Notes under the pieces: model-generated
Told to the model about the DNA's origin: nothing
Database searches by the model: none
The model's input: the letters and a program-made list of their open reading frames with translations, nothing else
Shown: positions 52,919 to 64,000 of the stretch, piece after piece
Position numbering within the stretch: position 1 is the first letter of the stretch
Layout: every line of letters begins with the position of its first letter
From: Trichoplax adhaerens
Taxonomy: Eukaryota; Animalia; Placozoa
DNA length: 64,000 bases
Assembly: GCF_000150275.1 (NCBI RefSeq)
Contig: NW_002060951.1
Location: 993,098-1,057,097 of the forward strand
Reading direction: 5' to 3'
Position numbers and translations under genes: made by a program

Positions 52919-55900
52919 CTATAGACTTGTCTTGGAGAAAGAGACTCTTAAATACGTTGAACCAATCTGATAGTTATGTCTCTCCTATAAAGGACATATT
53001 TTCACCATTAATTATAGTTACTAAAAAAAGATTCTTCGAAACAGATTCCATATACATATAATCATGATTAACAATGTACCCGCTAACTTACTATTAGTGA
53101 ATGAGTAGCTTCGCCAACGGAATTCATCTGCAATAAAGCCATTCTGTTATTGCTACTATTATTACTTCTATATGGAAAAGTTGAAAAAATACTATAAAAG
53201 TTAGTAACGATTGCACATAAACTGCAAATAAGAAATTATTAAATTTCAAGAGCTATAACTATCGAAACTAGTATTCGTAAAACTTACGGAAAGAATCTAA
53301 AGCGTGCGATGGTACATCCATCTCCTTCAAATAATTCCTTTATATCTTCTTCAGTAACCGATGGACTAATAAAGGTTGAACTCCATGTTAATAAAATGCA
53401 GAATTTCCAGAAAACGAAAGTTAACATAGCACCGTATGCTAAATTAATCAGTCAAGTATACTTCTCGTACGGTATATTAGATAGATGTAAGGTCGCAGAA
53501 GGTGGATAAATGTTTTGAAAATTACGTGAACCAACTTTCTACATTCGATTATGAACCAAAAAATGGGAAATTTTTAGTGATATATTTTGTCGTTAATTTA
53601 TGGCAGGCTATAATTTTCTCAGATCCAGATAAATCGTAAATATCACCTAGTAAAGATTTATGCTGGTGGCTAATAATTAATAGTATTATAATAGTCAATC
53701 ATTTACATATGACATAATGTAAAATACCTTGAAGCGGTGTAATGCGGATTGTGAATAATCTTGAGTAAGCCCACTAGGCTAAAATACATAACCACTAATA
53801 TTTAGTAAATAAACATACTGTCATATAATAGCAATAAGCCAAAAATTAATTAAAATTCATTCCCGCAACAAAGTTATTTCACTGCAGAAACTTACGTCTG
53901 GTTCCTTCGGTAATTGAACTTGGGCATACTTAGAAGAAGAAACAAACATTTTCTTACCATATAGCTGAATTCCATGAAGATGTGCAATGGCTTGTGTAAT
54001 ACAAAGAATAAATTGGTTCACAGTCGATTCAGGAAAGGTATCAAATCCATGCAAACAGTAAATTGTTCATCGCTTACCAGTTTGAGCTTGATGGGGCTCC
54101 GCCATTTGAATTAAGGCAGTATCTTTCTTATTAAATAGAATTTTTACACGGTAAACGTCACCATAAACACCTACAACCACAAAGCAAATGCTATTTGTCA
54201 GTGTCTACTTACATAAACCTTATACCCGTACAGGTAATACTTGTATATAGAGTATGCCTCATATATCACAATTCTCAGTTATGGCATATGCGTGCAACCT
54301 TTAGCAAGTAATATTTCAAAAATATCCTCAAGTATTATAATTATTTAATATAGTTCAATGTTGAGAGAAGTATTAGAAAATCGTGATAGTATAATCCAAA
54401 ACTCAAACTAAAATAATCTCGATACATACCAAATAGAATAAATAAAGCTCGAGGAGTTACTTTCTATAGCCATGTTAATAAGACATTGGTAGAAACAGAA
54501 GGAAAGAATTAATGCTATATGATGAGCAACATTAATTGCAGATACAGAAGATCCAAATAATTTTATGTGACTCTTAAATATGATTAAGAGTGCATCGTTA
54601 AAACCATCAGTAAAAACTATTTGTAGTAATAGCATATAGTGTATGAGATCATTTAATTAACAAAAAATGGTGAAAGCACATTTACCGCTTCATTTAGATT
54701 GGTAACATGAATGACGCTACCCACATAGCTAGAATTATCATATCCCAAATTTCCTTCAGATAGTTGTTGCTGAATTGGAGCTGTTAAGAGGTCAGAAGTT
54801 GATTGCAACGGACTTGTAGTGGCTATTGCCGTAAGAGGTGACAATATTGTTGCTGTAGATTGTAAAAATCCGATGAGATTACAGAAGCAGAGCAATCGAT
54901 AATATTTCAATGTGATAAGAGCAATAAATGAAAGAAAAACCTGAGCCATAGGAAGCCAATGATGTGGGTAATGCCGCAGCAGTACTAGTTAATATAGAAC
55001 TTGCATAGAGACTTGAAGTTGCACTAGCTACAAACAAAACAAAACATTTTAACTATGTTATCTTAGTATTGTACGAGAGCATTTCAATTATCAAAGGAGA
55101 TTCTCATATTGAACAAATTTCATCAATTTAGATCTATCAACTTCAATTAATATTAAGCTGCTTACCAACAGGAATTGCAATGCTAGTTGCTCCAGCTGTA
55201 GGATTTATTCTTGTCGTAACGTTCTTAGTAAAATCTCTAAGGTACACGAATTGGTATGCTACCGTTAGAGTACAAAGTTTCAAAACTAGAAATAGGTTTG
55301 CGTATCACACAAGTAAAGATGATATTGAGTTACCTGCTTTTATCATTGTTGTATTTAACATTAATACTTAAGAGCTTAGAATAATCAATTTTTAATGTGC
55401 AACAACCATAATAAATACTCTGTCCGTCGAGACTCTGGAAGGCAAAATTATTCGCCAAAAAAAAATTTTTTAAGTATTCATATAATAGTTAAAATTATAC
55501 GATAATGCGCATATAAATTATACCAGTTTTGCATTCTGTGCATCCACAGCATCGGTAAACTGTATGAGGGCTTGATATAAATCTAATTTAAAAGAAAGAT
55601 TATAATTGAAAAATTACTACAAGAATATTACGTAAATTATCATAAATAGATCCTACTGTTTTTAGTAAATGTAATAATCTTCTCCACGACTCCGAACTTG
55701 CTAAAGATCTAGTTATGAAATTGAATCACATTCGATGTCAAAATACGTCCAAAATAACAGAGAAAAATGCGATATATACAGTCTATTTTATAGCTAATTC
55801 AATTTAACCTGGTTCAGAATATCTAAGGTTACTGGATAAACGAGATTGTCTATGCTGATATGTAATACTCTGCCAGCTTCAGGAGAAGCGGATCCAACTG

Positions 55901-58764
55901 TCATTAATTCGTTAGATTTCAGAGAAACCTCACTATCCAAAGGATTTAAAGGTGGCGACGAACTAGATATAGCAGCAACTGCAGCCGCTATAGCAGCTTC
56001 CTGTCAAAATTGTATATAAATAAATAATGTAAGATCCGTTGCTCAAGGCGTCTACAGGTACAACGCAATTTATAAAATAATTGCAGCCAAAAATTTTGAC
56101 AACCCTAAAGGCTACATAGTAGAACAAAGTTACCGTTGAACTTTTGGATCTACTTGAATCGGTGACTAATTGTGTATGATTGGAATATTGCATATATACC
56201 GGATGGCCTCTGATCACATTCAATCAATAATAGGTCACAAACACGTATTGACTAATATTTCAACTAAAATTATCTTATATTTGACAATTTTACACAGTTC
56301 TGATTTATGTTTTCTAAATCTTAGCTACATTTCATATATTAAACCTTAAGTTAGGAGCAACATATTTGTAATAATTCATCATTTTCCTAGTCTTATTTTC
56401 ATCTTCTAATTCTAAAAAGCACTATAGGATATAATTTAACGGTGGTTAACAATTATAGATCTTCCAAAATGAACTGCTTAGCTTTACTAAAATTGGCAAT
56501 ATCAAACATTTGGAATTTTATCTTGAGTTATCTCAAGTATAAATAAAATCAATGTAACACGTATGCCTCTTCCATAAGAGCACTAGCAACATACCTGATT
56601 CTTTGCATTTAGCCTCAAAATATTGGTTACTTTTCCAAATGGTACACCTAATGCAGCAATCTAAACAAAAATCATAGCATTTAATCATTGATATTTCAAT
56701 CCTCAATATCATCGTTTATACGTGACATACGAGAGATCAATTGTTATTATATCCTTCTCATACAGTTTTTACAATGGTTACTCGAGTTCATTTCTATTTT
56801 ATCCCATGTGAATTTCTAGCTACAGGAATGAAAGTAAATTATTGGCATTGAACTAGCTATTTCAACTATAACATGATGGATTGAATTAGAGCGATCAGTG
56901 TCATAGTCAAAGTCAATAATAGTCTGAAAAATTTAGTGCATTGCAACAGAATAATAACGGAAAGTTTATACGATTAATGGATAAATAAAAGAGCACCAAT
57001 AAGGTGCGAATAGAAGATTAGCATGCGATGCAACTATTTGAAGTATTGTACCTTTACTGTGAAAATTTACTGTGCATTTTTCAGCTATTGTAAAAGAGTA
57101 TGAACATACGAGACAATATTCACGATATTAATTAATTGTAGTAGTCTATAGTAATATTAATAATTATAATAGAAGCTATTTCTTCTACTACTATTCTTTA
57201 GATTAACAAGTAGTTGTAGCGAATAAAAATAATCGATTTGGACAATAATGTAAATTATCTCATGCTAATTTACCAGCTACTATTAACCGTTACTAAGAAT
57301 CGTACACTGTAGACAGTCTATGTGGAGTTTTGAATATAATCATTCGCTATAGGTGTCGTTTGAGGTATTGTTACGATAAATGCAAACTAACTTGCTCCGC
57401 AGTAAAGTAGTACGAAATGGCGATTCTTTTATTATTTTTAATATATAATATTAAAATTTGAATTGGCAGACCTCCACATCCGAAGAATCTGTCGGAATAT
57501 TTCTAATATGGATTACGCGGGATACAGGTATTTCAAATCTGGCCTATTTTTGGATAAGGACATGAAAAAAATGCACGTAATATCTCATTAGAACTGTTGT
57601 ATTTCATGGAAACATTAATTCTATACAGCACTACACTTGAAAGGTGCAAAAGACAACGAGTTGAATAAAAAAGATGACATGGATAGCCCAGTAGGGATGA
57701 TAATATCATTTTGAAAACTTACTTTCTTAGCATCACTAAGTGAATCATCTGCAAGGCGATGGCATCCATCATTATCAGGTCAAAGCAAAGAATAAAATAA
57801 AAATACATCAATGTAAAATAGTGTCCATACAAGATGGACCTGACTGGCTAGCAATACAAGATGAAACTTTATGTAGGTTCACTTTGCATCTATGCAATAT
57901 TACCTATGATATTTTCAAGTTTACTTTTACACAGGCTATTTTCAGTCATTTGATTGACTAGCTGATCATTCGTTTCCACTAATGCACGGTTGCTGACTAT
58001 AAAATGATTGGAAATTATTCTTATTATTGTTTTTTTTTATACCTGCACTACGGATGTATTATAAAGTAGTAATAAAATCATGATGATGATGGCAAAATTC
58101 GACTTATGTTGCAAACACTTGTTAATGAATAAGGATAGTTTTAGAAGGAAAAATTTTGACGTTAGGTACTAAGCTACCATTAGCATCCGAACCATCTGAG
58201 GCAGTCAGTTCTTGTGATCCTCTCTAATGACCATATAATAAATAAATAAATAAAAGTGTACTTTGAGCTTATAGATCAAATTACTAAATGATGACTTGTA
58301 ACAGTTGTTATCCTGTTTGTTACAAATGATCTACAAGTTACTAGTCGTATTGTAAGTTATTGGTGAAGGTGCCCTTTTTACAGTCGTCACTGCGAAGGAC
58401 ACGATGATTGATTCGTAGTAGCAGTAGTAGTAGTGTTAACTGGATTGTATGGAAGACTGCAATCATGACGTGTACAGTATTATCATCGTCATTTTGTAGA
58501 ATATTATCTTTCAAAGTACAGTATAGACGATGGCCTATTGAAGCAGTTATCATCATGTCCTATTGCATTTCTTGATAGTTGAAATAGCCAAAGCTACTCT
58601 CGTAAGCTACACACATACTACAGTATATGATGATGATGATGTAGTTTTGCTCATCATGGACAACAATTCGTCTACCCTTATAATCTAATTTTATTGCTAC
58701 TTAAAAAATAGTTGTACAATCGATTGTAACCGATGGATTGGATACTGACTTTCATACTCGACAT
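52919..58764 (-). CDS. PTBP: Polypyrimidine tract-binding protein (4 RRMs), multi-exon
   Basis: MSSMK|RGSQEL (cf. TK|RGSDEL). RRM1 [13 protein letters not shown]3 [41 protein letters not shown]4 [21 protein letters not shown]...[11 protein letters not shown]. Confidence 0.93.
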
Positions 58765-60295
58765 TGTGCAAAACTTGGATGAAATCTTTGAAACTACAGC
58801 CCATGAATACTTGGCGTTTGGCTTTGAGCTAGTGAAATTGCAACCGATTTCTGGCCAAGTCTGTGGACGAGTTGTCGACTTTCACTTGGTGGACTAATGG
58901 CGGCCAACAAGATTTGCACTTTTCTCACACTACAGTACAGTTCGTACAGTACAGTATGTTGTACTGTAAGGATCCAGACTTTGTCTTGTAGCTGTTTAGA
59001 ACTTGAGAAAGAAACTGAGCTTACACAGCAGTGCCGGTACTCAAACACTTGTAAATTATCCTACAATACACTAGGGCTGTTCAAGATGATCGTAGTCTGT
59101 CGACAAATACTCTACTCAAGCGATCTTAATGGCGTTAAAGGACAGCCAACGACTACTCACTAAATCACGCCATTTATTGAGTAATTTAGGGTATCTAGTC
59201 ATATTAAGTTAAGCATAATCCCCCTACTTTGTAAGGTTGATTCTTACTTCTATGGACTACTGCATGTTGTTGTTTTTTACCAGCTAAAAGCTGTTGTTGA
59301 AGAAGAGCGTTCAATACCGAACGCTGAAAATGGACGGCCAACGATCAAGCTGATACACAATCTTTCCACTTTACATAATTTCTCATCATGTAATGGGCTA
59401 ACACGATCCATGCTTGTTGATGATGTATACTCTATACTACTGTATGGAGGAATCAGCTGTCTACATCAACAATGATCCAAGTTATTTGCATGCGCTAAAT
59501 CCATTTTAATGAGTCAACTTTGCCACCACAATATCAATACATTTAGACTCTAATTGAAGTTACTCCATGCAATTTCCTCGAAATTGAATAGATCCACATG
59601 AGTTATACAATTTTCACCGTATAGAATTCACTCATAATACGTAAAATAAATAGAAAAATAGCGCCTAATTAAAATAAAATTGATTCAGGATATTGACTAT
59701 TGAAAAAATCAACTAATAATTATATGAACGTCAGCCAGCATGGATCAGACGATCATTACACAGTACCAGTGGGACTTTCTAGCATTTTTGATTATTATGA
59801 ATTGTGGGAGGCGGTCTATTATTGGCCATCTGTCCTACAAAAATATCTGAAGTAACATTCATTCATGAATAATTCATTTCTTCATCATTTATGGCTAAAA
59901 TCTCTTATCCAAAATACAACTGTCATCTAAATGGATATAAATTCTTGCCAAATTAGATTAAGTAGAACTTGAATTCAAACCTGATTGTATTATTTTTGCT
60001 CCATTTTGGCTCCATGTTAGGCATAAATTCCACTGGAAAGACCTTTTATCAGCCAATTAATTGTAGACAGTACAATGTAGCAAACGTCTATAACGTCATT
60101 AACGTCTGCAGTGTTTTATCAAGCGTCAATATCGAGAACTGTATGTCAATGGATGCATTAATGCATTTTGCACCCATACTACAGTACATGCTCGTGAATG
60201 CACCTGTCGAAAAAAATCCAGACAGCTCTCATTTTTCATTGTCTTGAAGTGAATCTCCTTTACTGATGGACAGTAGTGTTTAGTTGCAAACTGAA

Positions 60296-60587
60296 GATCA
60301 TATTCAATTTTTATTCAATTCAATCTTCTAATTGCATTTTAGTATACAATACTTTTCTCTTGATTGATTGCAATAACGGACGACATCGTATCATTACGCG
60401 CACCATGGACTACGGTAGTAGACAAGTCGATATGCGATCATATTCAATTTTCATTTAAATCAATATTCTAATTGAATTTACTGCATTTTAACATACAATA
60501 CTGTTCTCTTGATTGATTGCAATAACGGACGACATCGTACCATTGCGTGTACCATGGACTATGGTAGTAGAAAAGTCGTCGATATGC
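60296..60587. repeat. Tandem duplication, 2 x ~150 bp
   Basis: gatcatattcaatttt...tctcttgattgattgcaataacggacgacatcgta...accatggacta.ggtagtaga occurs twice. Confidence 0.85.
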
Positions 60588-61077
60588 AATCGAATCGTCC
60601 ATAATCCACACCGTGCATTGCAGGATTGCCGTTGCAGCGCACTCTGTGGCATGACTGGATGAACTGGCTATGCCTCTATTTTTACTCCATGCCACTCCGA
60701 CATAGCCGCCTAGGCTACTACAAGTGGTCATGTCCACTTATTGTCCATGTTAGTACAAAGTTCAAAGTACGCTAGCACGCAAAGCCGATGGTATTCTCTC
60801 CCACAGGGACTTTTAACCGCAATTTTCTCTATTGACTAATTTACAAACAACTTGATATTAGACCACGATTGCAACGTCATTTGTAGAAGGTGCAGAAACT
60901 ACTACCTATCAAATGGTGTAGTGTGCTGTTATGGAAAGCTCTGATCAATATCAATCCATGACTTGTGCAACCGATCGTACATTCACCAGTGCTAATGTTT
61001 GTATTCGAAATGTCAAAGAGGATCATGTAGCTCAATATTGGGAGTCCAATCAAAATAATAAAAAATCATCAACAGCG

Positions 61078-61737
61078 AATGTTGCTCAAGGTTGTAAAGA
61101 TCTGTTTACGTCGACTTTGGGGCAAATTTAAATTAGTGTCAGTTGGTAGAAAAGTTTGCAAAATGTTTTGCAAATGTTGCTGAAGGTTATAAAGATCTGT
61201 TTACGTCGACTTTGGGCCAAATTGAATTAGTATCAGTTGGTAAAAAAGTTTGCAAAATGTTTTGCTAATGTTGCTCAAGGTTGTACTGTAAAGATCTGTT
61301 TACGTCGACTTTGGGCCAAATTGAATTTGTGCCAGTTGGTAGAAAAGTTTGCAAAATGTTTTGCTAATGTTGCTCAAGGTTGTAAAGATCTGTTTACGTC
61401 GATTTGGGGGCAAATTGAATTAGTGTCAGTTGGTAGAAAAGTCTGCAAAATGTTTTGCTAATGTTGCTCAAGGTTGTAAAGATCTGTTTACGTCGATTTG
61501 GGGGCAAATTGAATTTGTGTCAGTTGGTAGAAAAGTTTGCAAAATGTTTTGCTAATGTTGCTCAAGGTTGTACTGTAAAGATCTGTTTACGTCGACTTTG
61601 GGCCAAATTGAATTTGTGTCAGTTGGTAGAAAAGTTTGCAAAATGTTTTGCTAATGTTGCTCAAGGTTGTAAAGATCTGTTTACGTCGACTTTGGGCCAA
61701 ATTGAATTAGTGTCAGTTGGTAGAAAAGTTTGCAAAA
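61078..61737. repeat. Tandem repeat, 7 copies of a 94/99 bp unit
   Basis: aatgttgctcaaggttgt(actgt)aaagatctgtttacgtcga...gttggtagaaaagtttgcaaaatgttttgc. Confidence 0.95.
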
Positions 61738-62080
61738 TTGGCACAGCTAATGACTCTACTGTAGGTACTTACTGTATACTCCTACTCGGGTATGTTTACA
61801 GTAGATCATGTAGTAGTCCCTGTTTCTAGCATAGACTACTTAGGTCCAGCCTTTCAACCAGAGCGTGCCACGCCCATCTAGCCGGTGTACAGTGTACAGT
61901 ACAGCACACTACAGTACAAAGGATACACGTACTGTACTGTACAGTACTGAAGTTGCTACTGTACTGTAGCGTGCTATGCTGAGTCGACAGTACTGACTAC
62001 TGTACAGTATGACTTGAGCCATTCAAGTCCATACTGTACTGTACTGTCAAGAGACTCATCCTCCCTGGTACTGTACAGTA

Positions 62081-62130
62081 NNNNNNNNNNNNNNNNNNNN
62101 NNNNNNNNNNNNNNNNNNNNNNNNNNNNNN
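62081..62130. other. Assembly gap (50 N)
   Basis: Run of N immediately after the donor site of an SGT exon. Confidence 1.
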
Positions 62131-62133
62131 TAC

Positions 62134-64000
62134 CTATTGCAGTAATAAATAGCATTATTTGGACATAAGTCAATAGCATCAGAATAGCTTCGAATGGCTG
62201 GTTCAAATTTTTCAGCTCTAATAAAGTCATTTCCTGATGAATATAATGGCATGAAAGCATTAATTTATAGTATACCAAAAGTGACATTAATCTATGCTGG
62301 TTAATAGATTTATTACGTAATCATCTTGTACAGTTTGTTTTATGTTAGTATTTTATTGTTGTATGCACAAGAAGGTAATCAATTTTTAGTTTCAGTGAAA
62401 ATAAAAGTTGTGATTAAATCAATATTATATTATAATCATTATTATTTTCTATACTACAGTTTCGCTATTTCTATCATCATGCTATATTGTTCTAGCAGGA
62501 TAAAAGATGAACATTTTTCAAAGAGTAAATCCAGAAATGCTTCAAGTTATGTAAATCAGTTATGACCTAATCTGCATCAAAGAATTTCTATAAACATTAA
62601 CTCCTTATTCCAATAAACGCATAGGACTTTTCATCATTCCTTATTTACCTTCATTTTTCAACTGTTCTGCTGTATCGATTTTAGTTTTCTCACTTCCATT
62701 GTCAGAGACACCAAAATAACCCTACGGTAGAATTTTAATTGACGAGTTATCATTTACTAATGCTACAAATTGCTTATACGCAGCTACAAACGGATGCTAT
62801 GATGCTCTATCGAGTGGACGAATCAGTCTTTCTAAAAATTAACTCATTACTCTTACAATGACTAAAGTAGTGTAGATCGTATTTCAATTTTGAAACTTTG
62901 ATGCTCCGTATAAGTACTGTGATCCGCGGCATGATCGATAAACAGTGCTTTCTTAATTAATGCAATACACATCTAGCTTTAATCACAAATCAAATGTACA
63001 ATATAGCTGGTCATATTTGCTACAAGCTGCTCAATAAACAGAAGCGTGCTAGCCAACATTTGTAAAGTGACGATTAATTACACTAAAGACATTTCGAGCA
63101 GAGTATAGGGTGTCGTCATCTCGTCATAAGAGAAAATTAGTGCCCTACTATACAGTGAGGCATGATGAGTACGTGATAATCTATCATACATGTAGCTAGT
63201 CTATGTCAGATTTTCAGATGGAATATTAGAAAAGTACTTACCAATGTTCTTGCTGAAGAAAAGATATCCCTGAGTTTGGGTTGGCAACTGAATTGAGCGG
63301 TACCTTGATCATAGTCGACATTGTACACAGCCTGGAGACAATCAGTGGCCACTATAAGGAATCAAATTAAATAGGATAAGCGGTGTTAACTATAATCTTT
63401 CTATTCTTCTTAGACATTTTAGCCTATCGTGCCATGAATAAGACAACGATCTCGTCTGATCTCTGTACTGTACTATACCCTGTACCTTGTAGATCAAACA
63501 CGTATTGATGCAGCACTAGTTATTATTATTATTAGACTGAACATACACCTTGAAGAACTTTAATCTTGAATCAAATTGAATAGGATAAACGGTGTTAACT
63601 ATAATCTTTCTATTCTTCTTAGACATTTTAGCCTATCGTGCCATGAATAAGACAACGATCTCGTCTGATCTCTATACTGTACTATACCCTGTACCTTGTA
63701 GATCAAACACGTATTGATGCAGCACTAGTTATTATTATTATTAGACTGAACATACACCTTGAAGAACTTTAATCTTGAATCAAATTGAATAGGATAAACG
63801 GTGTTAACTATAATCTTTCTATTCTTCTTAGACATTTTAGCCTATCGTGCCATGAATTAAGACAACGATCTCGTCTGATCTCTATACTGTACTATACCCT
63901 GTACCTTGTAGATCAAACACGTATTCATACAGCACTAGTTATTATTATTAGACTGAACATACACCTTGAAGACTTTCTATTTCGGCATCCGAGTGCTTCC
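62134..64000 (-). CDS. SGTA: SGTA/SGTB-like TPR co-chaperone, partial; exons >64000-63965, 63351-63242, 62720-62649, 62233-62134. The 5' end lies outside the window and the 3' part is interrupted by the gap
   Basis: SDAEIESLQ|VATDCLQAVYNV (cf. SDAQESLE|VAIQCLETAFGV dimerisation domain), then TPR AEQLKNEGNDFIRAEKFEPAIRSYSDAIDLCPNNAIYYCNR. Confidence 0.85.
63359..63972. repeat. Tandem repeat, 3 x ~208 bp making up almost the whole SGT intron
   Basis: Near-identical units starting at ~63359, 63568 and 63777. Confidence 0.95.

Overview
AT-rich, intron-containing animal DNA with GT-AG introns, high gene density and one 50-N assembly gap. Composition and gene structure suggest an early-branching metazoan such as a placozoan (inference only). 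Ten protein-coding genes were reconstructed by hand from splice sites and translation. In order: calreticulin (-), C19orf44/DUF4614-like (+), Disabled/Dab PTB adaptor (+), TBCC (-), a divergent FANCC-like gene (+), a class IA PI3K regulatory subunit with extra C1/SAM domains (-), NDUFAF2 (-), HSDL2 (+), PTBP (-) and a partial SGTA/B (-). Many local tandem repeats are present, including a higher-order minisatellite upstream of the p85-like gene. There is no CRISPR array, tRNA, rRNA or recognisable transposase, and no wholly new multi-gene system is supported. The most notable observations are: (1) the 34-nt PTBP frameshift/NMD exon appears intact; (2) a remote FANCC homologue; (3) eight LDDIFS-type repeats in Dab; (4) ancient-looking gene adjacencies (CALR-C19orf44, HSDL2-PTBP); (5) a perfect ERSE; (6) a TACAGTA motif clustered near gene 5' ends; (7) a triplicated SGT intron carrying duplicated splice donors. 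All homology calls rest on remembered sequences, not database searches.
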